DNA of 64,000 nucleotides. Source: Strigamia acuminata (taxonomy: Eukaryota). The stretch is taken from the NCBI GenBank assembly GCA_949358305.1, contig OX442314.1, positions 27,218,001 to 27,282,000 on the forward strand. Direction: 5' to 3'. Of the stretch, positions 1-14,010 are shown piece by piece. Made by a program: the position numbers and the translations under genes. The notes beneath the pieces are model-generated. The model had not been told where the DNA came from. It saw only the letters and a list, made by a program, of their open reading frames with translations, and searched no databases. Every line of letters starts with the position of its first letter. Position 1 is the first letter of the stretch.

Positions 1-1119
1 TCACCAAGATAAACCAAGTCGACTTCCTGTTTTGGCCGGAAGTGATGACAATGTAATCAGCATATCAAAGCCAACAACCAGCAGATTTCTGCTAATTTGT
101 TCCTCCAATTATCGTGCGCGTACGAGAGATCATTGCTTTTTTCGTTTACCGACTGCTTCCTTCTCCGCTTTCCTTTATTCATTTTACATTCTTATTTAAT
201 TGCTCCATTTGCCTTTTTCTGCACAAATCGCAACAAAAGCAACAATTCCTATTACATTTTCTGTAATTACGTTCATTAACCCGTTAATTTACGTGGAAAA
301 TACACGGAGGGGCCCGACAGGGGCCCAGATATACGCAGACTGTGTGCCGTTTGCATTCATTCGCTTTTCTTGGTCGTTGCACGTCCAGTTTACAGCGGGA
401 TCTCTAAACAGGGGTTTCAAGTGGAAGCTTTGTGTGTGTTTGTGGATCAGTTGCGTATCGATCGATTCTAAATATCCACCTTTATTTTGCATAATTTATT
501 GTTTTCTGATATCTCCGTGTTGATGTGTTGGTTACACATTTAAACAGTTTTTTTCTTCTCTCTTTGCTGGCTTTTTATTTTATGAATAAAATATATTCCA
601 CTATTTTTGCACGGTTTAGAAATGCGTGAATAAAATATCAACTGGAGTTCCACATCAATAATTGAGCCCGATATTATTGTTATTATAAATGCAGGGATAG
701 GATTAGGGTTTTTTTTTTTTGCCATTAAAACGTGTAGAATTTGGTTTCATGTGTTCTGGTTTTAATAGTAGGTATTTCATTCCATCAGTTTTGTTACAAA
801 ACCAATAAAAGTTGGCGAAGGATATACACAGGAGTATTGCAAAGTCTGTGGTTTAGTTGCTGGAGAAATCTTGAAACCACGAGTGACGTTAGCTGTATTG
901 GGCGTTGAGACATCGAGAGATTGTAAAAATAAGTTCTGATTGCTCTGCTTGGGTTTCGTCAGTTTGCAGTAATCAATGAATAAAAGTAAAAATGGACGTT
1001 TTGTGATTGGAGCTTCAAATTAAAGTGGCCACCAAGACAAGCCATTAAATAAACTAATTATTCATGTTAGATTAGTGTTCTAAAGCGTGAAATATGGTAG
1101 AAAAGTGACATAATATGAT

Positions 1120-1280
1120 GTTACACAACAATAACGTGACATAACACGATACAATAACGTGAATACGCGATATAACACGACAATAACGTGATATAACAAG
1201 ACAATAACGTGATATAACACGACAATAACGTGATATAACACGACAATAACGTGATACAACACGACAAGAACGTGATAAAC
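1120..1280. repeat. 21-bp minisatellite (ATAACACGACAATAACGTGAT)
   Basis: About 7 degenerate tandem copies. Confidence 0.9.
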
Positions 1281-1399
1281 ACTTAACAATGCATTCAAAA
1301 AGTCTAAAACGCCTCGTTTTTGTCGTTTCGTGTTGATACATGTGACTTGTCATTCCCATGTTATAGAAACGAGTTGTTGTATACTTTTTGAATGCAGCT

Positions 1400-2045
1400 A
1401 GTACAACAATGGGTTAAAACAGTACAACAATGGGTTAAAACAGTACAACAATGGGATAAAACAGTACAACAATGGGATAAAACAGTACAACAATGGGTTA
1501 AAACAGTACAACAATGGGGTAAAACAGTACAACAATGGGGTAAAACAGTACAACAATGGGATAAAACAGTACAACAATTGGATTAAACAGTACAATAATG
1601 GGATAAAACAGTACAACAATGGATAAAACAGTACAACAATGGGATAAAACAGTACAACAATAGGATAAAACAGTTCAACAATGGGTTAAAACAGTACAAC
1701 AATGGGGTAAAACAGTACAACAATGGGTTAAAATAGTTCAACAATGGGATAAAACAGTACAACAATGAATAAAACAGTACAACAATGGGATAAAACAGTA
1801 CAACAATGGGATAAAACAGTTCAACAATGGGTTAAAACAGTACAACAATGGGGTAAAACAGTACAACAATGGGTTAAAATAGTTCAACAATGGGATAAAA
1901 CAGTACAACAATGGATAAAACAGTACAACAATGAGATAAAACAGTACCACAATGGGATAAAACAGTTCAACAATGGGTTAAAACAGTACAACAATGGGGT
2001 AAAACAGTACAACAATGGGTTAAAATAGTTCAACAATAGGATAAA
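1400..2045. repeat. 21-bp minisatellite (AAAACAGTACAACAATGGGAT)
   Basis: About 30 tandem copies with higher-order variant blocks. Confidence 0.95.
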
Positions 2046-4209
2046 GCGGTAGACTATCAATTTCCGAAGTTAAAAAAATATAGCTTTTACAGTTGACGTT
2101 TACGATATGTAAAATAAACTTAGAGAATAAAAATAAAATTTGATTGAAATCATAAATAATAAAAATAAACGCAGCGTGATTTGCGGTTAAAAAAGTAAAT
2201 TGACAGAATTTATAAAATGATTTAAACCTCACATTTGTTATCAATCGTTGTAAATGGATTATAACTCAAACTTAATAATCCGAAATCTATCATCCATTTC
2301 ACCCAATAACTGCCTCTGGTTGTAAAAATAGACAAAAGTGGACTTTAAAGAGAGAAATCGACAAATTTGTTAGATGGGAGTTTGCTGAGTGGGACTCCAT
2401 TTTGGAAAATTTATCTTGGCACTCTAGTTTAATGGATTTATTGGAAATCCATCTTTAGATAAAATACAAAAAAAAAAAATACTTGAAAAATTGTTTTTCT
2501 TTTTTTCTACTCCAAATTTTTATTTTTCATAATTGAAATCTGAAATTTGCCGAAAGATGATGTAAATTTTTCATCAATTTTTGTATTTAAAAAAAAAGAA
2601 TAAAATAAAATAAAAGATTCAAATCAAGATGGATCACGCTATTCAAACATCAAAATAAAAGCTTTCTCCAAAATTGATGGTAAGGAAATTTTATTTTTTC
2701 TAAAAAAAAAAAATAAAAAAAAAATATATATAAAAGTTAACTGAATTTAACATAAAAATCTCCTAACAATTTTGCATGCTAGTATCATACTCAAACATAA
2801 GTTGCTTAGCAACCAAACCTCAATGAGCTTCAGACATGTATTTTTTTTCTAAACATAAAAACAAAATCCAGCTTTCATTCTTTTCCGCTTATTTTATACA
2901 TAATCTGCGTGAAATAGACTTCCAAATTGCAAAAGAATATTTAATCTTTTAATTTATCAATGAATAATGTCAATATTTTAAAATTTAAACGCGATTTTCT
3001 CAAATAAACGCGATACAAGAAATTCGACGGCAAACACCCATCGATGCAGCCGCGCACGACGCGCCTTGTTCGGCCGCTCACTCAACCCGTTCCCGTACTC
3101 CCAATATTTGACTTCGGGTAACCTAATCAACTTTCCCACCGATTTAAAAATTTACGACGCAAATAAACAAAAAGTTTTTAATTAAGGAAATAATTTCTAC
3201 ACTTTTTCTTTTACAAATCTATCTCGCATTTCATATCGTAGAAAAAAATCTAAAAGAAAAAAAAATCGGTTTAAGCCCAGTGGGGAAAGTGTGCGTGAAG
3301 TTTTGCTCGAATCTTAATCTTTTTCTTTTGAGCAAGAAAATTTCTCGTTGAATGGCACCCAGATGCACTGTTTTAAGCAACTGATAGGGAGTTGAAAAGC
3401 TCCAATCTTGCAAGTGCTCTGCTTTTATCTTAATGTGAAAACTCGTCGAGTTATTGTATGATGAATTGTGCGAGTGTGTGATATGCTTGATTAAAATTAC
3501 CTGAGACTAATTCGACAATGAAAAGCATTTTTATCTGACGAGAAAACGTCCATTTTTGGGCACACATTGTATGGGAAATAAATAAAAGATATGTAGAAAT
3601 GGGTTTTGATAAATTGAACAGATGTTTGCATCTGACTTGTGATCAAATAATTCATTTTTATCTTTGCTTTTTTGTGTGTTACGAACATGAATGTGGTTAA
3701 ATTTGATTGATATTGTTTATAAGTAGTCGTGGCAAGGGTTTTTAATCTGTTTTAGGGATAAATTATATTAGGGGTAATTTTATGACAGAGGGGTTCATGA
3801 ATCGGGTGGGGATTTGTAGGTTTTTTTTAGTTTTTGATGGAAAGGGGCCCCGTGAGGGTTTCGGGCCCCTTAATGTCAAAATTTGAATTTTGTAAAGAAA
3901 AATTGGCAAAGAAATTTTTATTTATTTCATTTTATTTTTTATTAATTAGGGGCCTAAAAAAAGGTTGTGAGAGGGCCTCCTAGATTTGAAATCCGCCTCT
4001 GCCGTGAATATTTAGAAATTATATCTGCACAGCTTTTTCAAGGGAAAAAAATGCATAGCAGACAAAAAATACGTTTACCGGTGAATTAAATTCATTTTGA
4101 GCTGATAAAATTGCATTTTCACACAGAATAATGCATTTTCCGGTGAGATAATGCATATTCATGGGAAAAAAACACATTTTCAGACAAAAAAAAAAATAGT
4201 TTTACGTAG

Positions 4210-4570
4210 AAAAACATGCATTTTTTTTTCAAAAACATGCATTTTTTTTTTACAAAAGATATGCAAGTTTTGATTCAAAACATGCTTTTCTTGACAAAAA
4301 CATGCATTTTTTGTCAAAAACATGCATTTTTTGTCAAAAACATGCATTTTTTGTCAAAAACATGCATTTTTTGTCAAAAACATGCATTTTTTGTCAAAAA
4401 CATGCATTTTTTGTCAAAAACATGCATTTTTTGTCAAAAACATGCATTTTTTGGACATAAACTTGCATTTTTTGACAAAACATGCATTTTTTGACAAAAC
4501 ATGCATTTTTTGACAAAACATGCATTTTTTGACAAAAACATGCATTTTTATGGGAAAAAATGCATTTTGT
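4210..4570. repeat. 20-bp minisatellite (CATGCATTTTTTGTCAAAAA)
   Basis: Perfect core at 4301-4440 with degenerate flanks. Confidence 0.95.
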
Positions 4571-6489
4571 AAGTTACTTGTACTTGTGTTTACTAGAGCT
4601 GAACTCTAAAACTACACAAAAACGAAATAATCTCATACGCTTGAATAATTAGGCATTTTATTTATAATTTTTATTTTTCTTTTGTTTTTGTAGTTAATAG
4701 AAACACGGATAAAAACCATATGAATAAAAACTTTCATCCTTTTTCAGGATTATATTAAGTGGTTCAAAATTAAGCAATGTCGAGAATCCCTGTATACAAA
4801 TCATAATAAATAACCGTTTAATTCTTTACGGTAATCCTTTAGGGTTTTTTTAATGGGTGAAATGTAAAGATAAGTGAAAATGTGAGCTTAGTATTTATTT
4901 CCCCTCTCTTTTATCTGTGAGATTATTCTTCTTTGTGCGATTTTATTTATTTATTTTTCTCAGAGTTGAAGTAAAACAACTGACAATAATGGTCAAATTT
5001 TATTTATATTTTTTCCTCCCTGGAATTTTAATACAAAAAAAAAATTAATAAAAACCAAAAAAAAAAAAGAAGAATTCAAATCAAAAAAATTAAAACAATT
5101 TTTAAACTGATTTATTTAAAAAATTAAAAACAATCAACTAATTGAAAAAATGAATATAAGTTCATTGCGATGATAGTAAACACGAGCAGCATCTAATTTC
5201 CGATTTCGTCACTAGGGGCCAAATTCAAATTTATTTTTTAATTTCACATTAATTTAAGATTTGAAAAAAAAGAAGAAAAAAAAAACCAAGTGAAAGTGGG
5301 AGAAAATGTCCTTTTTCCCAACCTCTTTCCACCCTGCTCGAATCGATTCGAGGAACCGGTTTCCCAATAGCGAACCCCGCCATTCCATGTTGAACTCACC
5401 CAATCTCTATCTGGGTTCGAGACTACCACTCTAGGACAAGGCATCCAACATGGTAGGTTGAAGTTTGTTTCTTCTCGCAAACAAATATTTATTTTGACTC
5501 GCAGTTTGCTGTTTACACTCCCCCAATAGAAAACAAATTACGCATCACTCTTTAAACTTATTTCCACTTCAACTTTAATACACCAAATCGTTAAATTCGT
5601 CAATTAACTCACCCAAAACACCCAAAACCGAGCAAGAAAGGGGAGAAAAAACTGATACAATTTCAATGTGACGTTTGCTCCCTTCGTTTTGATGATAATT
5701 TCGAGCGCAGGAAAACTTTTGAAACAAACATGCTGGTTTGAAATTTCATCCTCGTGGTTTCATATTTTATTGTACCCTCAAATGTCACGTTCAGTGCTAA
5801 TCAAATCGGGGCTCAAATAACATTTAGTATTTATTATTTGTTTATTTGTTTATTTTGAATTTTTCTAATTCCCAGAAAATATTTTTCTTAGAAAAAGAAA
5901 ATGTTATTTTTGGTATTGTCAAATTGCACCTTAGACAGAAATCCATATGTAATTATCAAGCTTGTTATTACAACAATAGTAAACATTGATTTACAATCAC
6001 TGCAACTTTATTCAATAAGAAGTGCACCTTTTTTCCTGTGGTAATTGTACCCTAATAACAACAATGGTAGAAAAATGGGAGATTAAAAATAGATAAAAAT
6101 ATATGGGAATGGCAGATGAATTATTGATATATATATCTCAAAAGGGGGCTGCAGCTGTCATTGTTGTAGATGTATAGCAGTTTGAATATTGGATTTAATA
6201 GCATTTTATATAATTCCATATAGCGAGCAAACAAAATAGATGTTAACAGAAAATCACATTTTATAGTGTGGTGCATTATGGGAATCAGTTAGCTTGACAT
6301 GTCAAAATCCTAGCTTTCAAAGGCGCATGCTCAGATCTAATTCTGTTAGCAGTTGTGATAGAATTAGATTACTTTACGATTTTAATATTCGGTATTTGCT
6401 GATTTTCATATTTGCTATTCGGTGAATTTCATATTCGGTAACTATTCGGTATTCGGTGATTTTAATATTCGGTGATTTTAATATTCAGT

Positions 6490-6616
6490 AGCTGCATTCA
6501 AAAATTAAAATAACAATTTTAGTTTAAGTGTATTTTAAGTTTAAAACAGGAAATGATGTCATTTTTGGTTTAAAATTGAAGTAAAACACAAAATATTTTA
6601 TTTTTTGAATGCAGCT
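6490..6616. mobile_element. Small AGCTGCATTC MITE (copies at about 9420-9548 and 19355-19491)
   Basis: AGCTGCATTCAAAAA...TTTTTGAATGCAGCT; the same internal sequence occurs in three copies. Confidence 0.75.
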
Positions 6617-7303
6617 ACTGATTTTAATATTCGGTGATTTTAATATTCGGCGTTTGGAAAAGGTTCGATGTTCAGTATTCAGAGAATTTAATATTAGATA
6701 AACATCCGATATCAGTAGAATAACCAGTGTGTGTGTGTAAGGTTAGCAAACCGTGAAAATGTTTTTGTTGTATTTTTATAAAAACATGTACTCCGTATAT
6801 TATTTGTTATTTGCTGCATCTTTAATCATTGGTTCTGCAGAAATACGCAATTACTGAAAAAAACTATGGTTTTAATTTACTCTGGGTAATAGAAACACCG
6901 TAGGCTGACTTGTTCACGCCACCTGTGTTGAGCTTGTGATCGGGCTTAGTGAATGAAATCCAATCTTTGTATATTGGCAGGGTAATTAAGGTTGCAGGTG
7001 AGTGTGTTTGACTCGGTTTCACTTTAAAATCGAAAATTGAGGCAAAAGAGGGTCGTTGCAAAGTGATTCATAATTAAGACACGAGTTATTTTTCCTTCTG
7101 AAGATTACTTAATAGCATATAAAAATCCCTTGCATTTGCATTTGCTCCTGTGACTCGGGCATCGGACTTTGACCCCCGCCTGCGGTCCACTTCCCTATCG
7201 TAAGGGGTTTACGGGGTTTACGGATCGGCTCCCGTAAACCTCCATTGTTTGCCATCTTGTTTGATCTGTAATAAATGAGTCTTTAGGTGTTTTCTAACAT
7301 ACA

Positions 7304-7463
7304 CAGGCCCACCTTTACCATTGGGCTAACTGGGCTGCAGCCTAGGGGCGCCGGGCACAGGGGCTGGATGGGCACAGAAGGGTGCCGGGCACAGAAAAGT
7401 GCTGGGCAAGGGGCGCCTGAGTTTTATTAGCCCAGGGCGCTAAAAAGTGTAAAGACGATCCTG
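7304..7463. mobile_element. hAT-like MITE (160 bp)
   Basis: CAGG...CCTG termini, imperfect 15-bp TIR, 8-bp TSD AACATACA (7296-7303 / 7464-7471). Confidence 0.8.
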
Positions 7464-10400
7464 AACATACACGTACGCTACAGACTCACAGCTCCATTTT
7501 TTTTAGGGAAATGCACTTTTTATAATGGTATGCCAAGTGGAGTGAAACAATTATTTTGAAGGAAAATTGTTTGATTTTTTAATCTGATTTCTCACTTTTT
7601 TTTTTTTTTTTTTAAATTATTTTGTAGATTCAGATTTGATAATCTGTAACGTCGATCATTTTGATTTCCATATGGCTTTGAGTCCAAAAAAAGTTATCTT
7701 TGGAATAGCTCAAATGTCTGATTATTCTGAGTAATTGGACATTTAAAGTTGAAATTGATTTCAATTAGTGACATTCACGTTTAAGTGATTTTCTTTTTTG
7801 GCGTAATATTTGAAGCAAATTGAGACTTCTGTTATTTTTTTTTATTCTTTATTTTATTTTTTCTACAAAATCTTTGTGCATCTAAATTTCAAATCCTAGC
7901 CATAAAAAAGTTTATTTCGAATTTGTTTATGCAAAAGTTTTGCTATTTACTAATAATGTTTATTTTACAATGTTCTTGGTATAAAATATTCACATAAACA
8001 AAATAAATTGATGTTTGTGGATCCTGAAGTTTGAATATATCTAGGAAAAATCTGGATTGGGATCTTTTATTAAAATAAATTATGATTGTGTATGGAAACG
8101 TTGATATAAACAAGGAACCATCCATTTTGTATGAGACTGGCTGCATTAGAAAAGTCATTTAGACAAAAAAAAATTTAAACAAAGTTACACTGACTGTTTT
8201 AAACTCCAAATTTTAAAGTAAATTTAACATTAGGTTTGTTCAATTCCAAATTACCAAAATCCGATTACAAAAACTTCATTATAGAATCGGTTTTTAACTT
8301 TGAACGAGTTAAATCTTGAGCATGCGCAGTTTTGACTTCCACTGCCGACCTATTCGATTTCAAAATGGCCACCAGAAAAAAACGGGTTGTAATCGGATCG
8401 AAATCCAAAGAATTCACCACACACGTGGATTATAGACCCCGGATATATATATGCAAAATAAATTTTGTTATATGCGCATATAATATGCACCAAAAATTCC
8501 AATATATGCAAAAAATAAAAATTGAAATATGCAAAATAAAAAAATATATTCGAGTGAAATCAGGTGTTAAATAACAACTTAATGCCATTTCAAAGTGTTC
8601 TTGATGTATATGAACGAAAATTAGTAATCAGTATGGGAATCGGTTTGTCGAGAATCTGATTTTTTTTGTAGTTGAACAGCCTTTTAAACAACTTCTGTTG
8701 TTCAAATGGATGTCTAAAATGTCTATTTAGACTGGTTTAAAGCAGACAAACCACACTTAAAGACTTTTCGAATGCAGCTACTGTTTAAGCTGAAAATATT
8801 AATCCACAGGACAATTTAGTCCATACAAAATTGCTAAAAACTCTACAATTGCACTGTAGATTATAAAGGAGCTAGAGAAAACCCAGTTGAGATGGGTGGA
8901 ACATGTTCCAACTGTAGAAACGGTGCCCTAAATTAAATCAGACCCTTGTTCAGTATAATGCATATGCAAAGACGGCTTTACTTTCACTTAAGCTGAATGA
9001 TTAAGTAAAATCAGATATACACATGCCGTCGCTTAAAGTTAAGCAGACCAATGCAGATTACAAGAAAATTGTTGTAAAATATGTCAAGTCTAATCCGTTA
9101 AGTCGACAAGTGATTGAACGTGGGTAATTTGGAAACTTAACATACTCATGGTTACCCATACGGTTCAAAAATTGTGTTTTTCAATATGTATCACTTAGTG
9201 CATTCCAATTTATGGAATTAATTTTATTGTTTGTGCATTATATAATGCATTGCATTTTATAATATAATTAAAATATGTGTTTAAAAATGCATTTATATTT
9301 GACAAATAATAATAATATTGGGAATACATTTCGTAATACATTTTACAAAATGAATTATTATTTGCTGACCAATAGTGCACAAAATGTATTAAAAATGCAT
9401 TCTTGCAAAACTCAATATAATCAAAAACTAAAATATTTTGTGTTTTACTTCAATTTTAAACCAAAAATGACATCATTTCCTGTTGAAACCCATGTTAAAC
9501 TTAAAATACACTTAAACTAAAATTGTTATTTAATTTTAGAATGCAGCTACTGAAATATAATTGCGATGTTTGTTTGTTGGCGTACAACTGATTTTTCTAA
9601 GAAGCCAGGTTAAGCTAGTGCTAAATGTAATTTGACAAAATTTTATCTTTTAATCTGAGCTAAACCAGCTGTTAACAACAAATTATCAATGAATTTGCAT
9701 TTTGATTTGTCAATTTGCTTCTACCACTGATGTCCAATCATCATGCAGATTGTTATTAATACATTACATGCATTTAATGTTATGGAGCTTGATGTTATGA
9801 TAACCTTTTCACTGACATTTGAGTTGATAATAACAGTCTTTTAAAAAATGATTAGAGTCAGAACTAACACAATTGTTTATGATGTGATGAATTAACTTGT
9901 CACTGTCATTATTATCATGACAATAAAAGGAAAGAAAAGCTTTATCACTTGAGTGAAGATGATGCATTGTGTAGCGTCTTAATAAAAATGAGAAAATGGC
10001 ATTTTTGTAGGGGTTTTTGGTCATTGTTACAATTATTTTTAGAAGCCAATAAAATTTGAGAGGAGGAGGGTAAAAAAAATGTTAGGGCTCCCATGGGATC
10101 CATCAAGAGTTATTGATCTGGGATTAAAGATTTTTGTGCTGAGGAAGCAGTGCCAAAATGTTAACAGTTCTGTTGATATTTGAGTTTTTCTTGTCACCTC
10201 ACACCCCATGTCCATTTAGTTTATTCACCTTGAGTTTCTTCATCTGCCCTCTTGAGTAACCCTGTGGAACTGAATTGGGTTTTTAGTCAAATTCCTTTTT
10301 TTTAGTAGTGTATAATTTTTGTGGAACCTTTTTTTCTGTTTCCTGCTTTAAAGTGATAGTGACCTCCTTACACACAAAGGTTGTTGTGTTTACAAGAATT

Positions 10401-10919
10401 TGTTTTTTGTTTTTTGTTTGTTTAGTATTATTAAAAACAAAACAAAAAAAGATATGAAGAAAGAAAGAGCAATGCCATTGTAATAAGTGAAGTGTCAACT
10501 CTTATATGGCTGAAAAATTGGGTGATTATAAAGTTCATAATTTTTTTTTATGTAAATTCATGCAATTAAAAGGGGAAAATGTTGCATAAATATTGTGAAG
10601 GAAAAAGTAGTTGAAATTTATCGCAGAAATTAACATAAGTTATGCCTTTTTGAGAATTTGTGCCATGCACTTTTCTTAATAATTATGGCGAATATTATAT
10701 TTAAAGTACATCGAAGAAGTTTTGTTCACGAAAAATGTGCAAGGTGATTCACATCACGCAATTTGGATGGATGCCTGTAAGAGATATTACGCCATGCAAA
10801 TGGAGATCGGCGAGACGACTTTCTTGAAGACCTAACCTTGCATTTGCACCGAGAACTGGGAAAACCACACGCAACCCAGTCGGAGATGGATGGCAGACGT
10901 TGTTGCCGGAGAAACAGTT

Positions 10920-11128
10920 CAGTCGTGGACAAAAAAACTTCCCTTCAGTTTAGCTGATTTGAGTTTATCTATCATTATTTGCCCGGTCTATCTTTTAATA
11001 CGGCCGTTAGGGCAAAACAAGAAACCGGGTCAAGATTGATGTCATTGAATCTCAATAGATTTTTATGCCACCTGGTAGATAAACTTAAAACAGCTAAACT
11101 GAAGGAAAGTTTTTTTTGTCAGCGACAG
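10920..11128. mobile_element. Degenerate Tc1-like MITE
   Basis: CAGTCGTGGACAAAAAAACTTCCCTTCAGTTTAGCTG is inverted against CAGCTAAACTGAAGGAAAGTTTTTTTTGTCAGCGACAG. Confidence 0.65.
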
Positions 11129-11147
11129 GGATGAAAAAACAACGAAA

Positions 11148-11249
11148 ATTCCCACCGGTCACCCAACCAACTACTGACCAGACCCAATTCTGCTTAACGT
11201 CTGTGTTCTGATAGGCACAGGCGACCGGCATGGTGAGCTGTTCCTAGCC
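11148..11249 (-). pseudogene. Second 5S rRNA-derived fragment, divergent orientation
   Basis: Minus strand reads GACGTTAAGCAGAATTGGGTCTGGTCAGTAGTTGGTTGGGTGACCGGTGGGAAT. Confidence 0.65.
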
Positions 11250-11280
11250 TCCCATTTCTGTATCGGTAGTAATTGGTTTG

Positions 11281-11368
11281 CCGATCACTTTTTCTCAACA
11301 GAAGTTAAACAGCATTGCGTCCGGTCAGCACTCGAATGGGTGACCTATTGGGAATTCCAGTTACTGCT
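11281..11368 (+). pseudogene. 5S rRNA-derived fragment (pseudogene or SINE3 head)
   Basis: CCGATCAC..GAAGTTAAACAGCA..CCGGTCAGCACTCGAATGGGTGACC..TGGGAAT matches the 5S box A, intermediate element and box C region with several substitutions. Confidence 0.7.
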
Positions 11369-12576
11369 ATCCCTGTCTGATTTAAGGTACTGTTTCTATG
11401 ACAAGAACGACTGCCATTCACCTCTAACTGGCTTCCTCTGTGCAAATGCAGGCAGGGCTCACACAAGGCGTCAAATTAAGCTGCGCTTTACATTATCCAG
11501 CACCCTGGGCAGACTTTTGCTTTGGAATGAGGGCTGTGGAAAGATATTGTTGTTTATGTTTTGACACATCAAATGCAGTTGTTGTTGTGTTTGTGAACAA
11601 TCTGGAATGTAAAAATGCTTAAAGGATGTCTTGTAGAGTGTCATAAAATTGTTTTCTCATTTGCTTAGACATTACTAATAGTGTTTAGTGCACTGTGTCG
11701 CGGAGTACAATCGATATAACTATGTTTTTAATACATTTGAAGAGCCGGGGACCCCATTACTTTCCTCGCAGTCTCTTTTTGTGCCAGGAATATAGGAAAT
11801 TAAATTGGGAAAATTAAGTTGGGAAAATTAAGTTGCTTTTGGTCAAAATGGTGCTTTTCAGCTAATTAATGAGAAAAAGCGCTATTCGTTGACACAGGAT
11901 GGCGCATATGCCAATTAATGACATCTGGCGTTCAAGCGGGCAATTAAGTTTGCTGGTTTTTAATGTAATTTTGGTTCGGCTTTTTTTTTTTAAAAAAAAT
12001 TTATAAATTTGTAGGTTGGGGGAAAATGTTAGAAAAGGTCAGAGAAACAGTTTTTACTTTCAAAAGTGTCCTCTTAAGTTTGCAAGATGGTTTTTGTTTA
12101 AAGTTTTATTTGGATTTTAACTTTTTTGTCTGTGTCGAGGTGGAAGCTACAGAATTCGAAATGTCGAAGTTCGAAACGGATTTGCTTCGAATTGGAATAA
12201 GTATGAAAGCAAACACATACTAAACGTAGCGTTCGGATTAAGTTGGAAAATGTAATTTTTAAAGTTATGATCCTCAAGTGGCATTCTGCCAGTTCAACGT
12301 GCCGCGTTTCTCTTTATTTTTTTCCGCCTTATTTGGCGTATCTCCATGCTTCAATGCAAGCAAGGAGTTATGCCAATTCGACTTGTTTTTTTATTCTTCC
12401 TTCTATTGTTTTTTTTGCTCTGTCTGGAGAATATCTGTGCATCGAGGCAGAATTCAGTTTGGCTGATTTAACTTGCTTGTTTTGTATTTGGTTTTCTCAG
12501 AAACTGAAATTTACAAACTGTAATCTTTGCTCATGAGTATTTTGATGTCTGCGCACGCAAATGCAACAAATACATA

Positions 12577-12909
12577 CAGGGTGAGCCAGAGAGACCTGAT
12601 GATTTTGAAAATGTAATTACTCCGCGATGAGGCATCGTCCGTTGCTCCCAAGACCACTGAAATAGCATTGGCTAAGGTATTGCTTTCTCCTATAATGACT
12701 ACTCTAGTCAAAATGGTGGCTAAGAAATAAGTGTATAAAAATCTTTAGGTCTCTCTGGCTCACAAGTAAAGCATCCAAGTGATATAATTTTCCAGATATA
12801 AAAATGGCATTTCAAACTCTGTGTAATGGTTTTAGTTTCAAATGAAAAATTGAATTAGTTACAGAGTAATTACATTTTCAAAAGGGTCAGGTTTCTCTGG
12901 CTCATCCTG
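12577..12909. mobile_element. Tc1/mariner-type MITE
   Basis: TA|CAGGGTGAGCCAGAGAGACCTGA...TCAGGTTTCTCTGGCTCATCCTG|TA, with an extra internal TIR copy at about 12745-12762. Confidence 0.8.
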
Positions 12910-12937
12910 TACATAATAATAACAGATAATGGCACTA

Positions 12938-13025
12938 CCGTATTTCTTCGATTCTGAGATGCATTTTGTTTTTGGAGATGTTTATATGGGGGGAAAAAGT
13001 AAATCTTAGAATCGAAGAGATACAG
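12938..13025. mobile_element. Tiny TA-flanked CCGTA-type MITE
   Basis: TA|CCGTATTTCTTCGATTCT...AGAATCGAAGAGATACAG|TA. Confidence 0.65.
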
Positions 13026-13026
13026 T

Positions 13027-13737
13027 AGGTGTGTTCAATTTGCGAAAGGAAAGAAAAATCCTTCTTTTTCTTACTTTCTCAAAGGAAGAAAAGGTACTTT
13101 TAGAATGAATGCACTTAATTGTTGTTACTTTCTATTTGTTTGCACATGCGCAAATTCTAGTTTTAACATGCTGTAATTCGATTTTAATCTGGTTTTTTGT
13201 AACTAACAAACGTTTTTTTGATTAAAACGAAGGTTTTTTTTCGGTAAAAACAAACATTTTTTTGTAAATCGAACGTTTGTTTTGGTAAAAACGAACATTT
13301 TTTGGTAAAAACAAACGTTTTTTTGGTAAAAACAAACGTTTTTTCGGTAAAAACAAACGTTTTTTCGGTAAAAACAAACGGTTTTTCGGTAAAAACAAAC
13401 GGTTTTTCGGTAAAAACAAACGATTTTTCGGTAAAAACAACGGTTTTTCGGTAAAATCAACGGTTTTTCGGTAAAATGAACGTAAAACGAATGTTTTACC
13501 ATTACAACAAGTTATAAACTTTTAAGTGATGGTTGGTTTGGCTGGCAAATGACATGATGCGCATGAATTGCAAAGGAAAAGCGAAAGGAAGAAAAGTAAC
13601 CGGATTGCTACCTTTCGCCAAAGAAACTTTGGCTACTTTCCTTTCGAAAATTATGACGTTTTTGACGTCACTTCCGGTGTTGAAAGTAATGAAAGGGAAG
13701 ATTCTAGGTACTTTCCTTTCACAAATTGAACGTACCT
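13027..13737. mobile_element. AGG-TIR MITE with internal 21-bp minisatellite
   Basis: AGGTGTGTTCAATTTGCGAAAGGAAAG / CTTTCCTTTCACAAATTGAACGTACCT; array of TTTTCGGTAAAAACAAACGTT at about 13200-13500. Confidence 0.7.
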
Positions 13738-14010
13738 ATAATTCGCTTGTGCAAGAAACAATTTTAGACTTATATTTTTTCATATTCAAAGGATGGCATT
13801 TAGTGTTTGAATTTTAGTTCTGACTCATACGGCTAAGCTTCTGTGTACACCATGTCTTGGGGGACTACCCATAAATAGTACAAGGCCTTTGGTAGAAAAA
13901 CTATTTGTTTTGTTTTTGTTAAATTTTAGTGCCCATTAATCTCATTAATCAATTTTTAAATTTAGCATCAAAACACAAACTGTAGATGCAATTCATCTGC
14001 ATTCTATATA

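Noticed and set aside
1072..2045. Repetitive ORFs (QQWVKTV, SRYCRVI) and a possible CRISPR-like array
   Set aside because: These are translations of 21-bp minisatellites, with no unique spacers and a eukaryotic context.
1..5460. Possible promoter or 5'-UTR exons of POMGNT1 (ETS-like motifs at 22-44; donor-like ATG|GTAAGG near 2680 and ATG|GTAGGT near 5454)
   Set aside because: An upstream non-coding exon is implied by the acceptor at 22522, but it cannot be placed without transcript data.
10726..10932. GC-richer, coding-looking patch
   Set aside because: No recognisable domain; the + strand frames I read are short and no splice context is evident.
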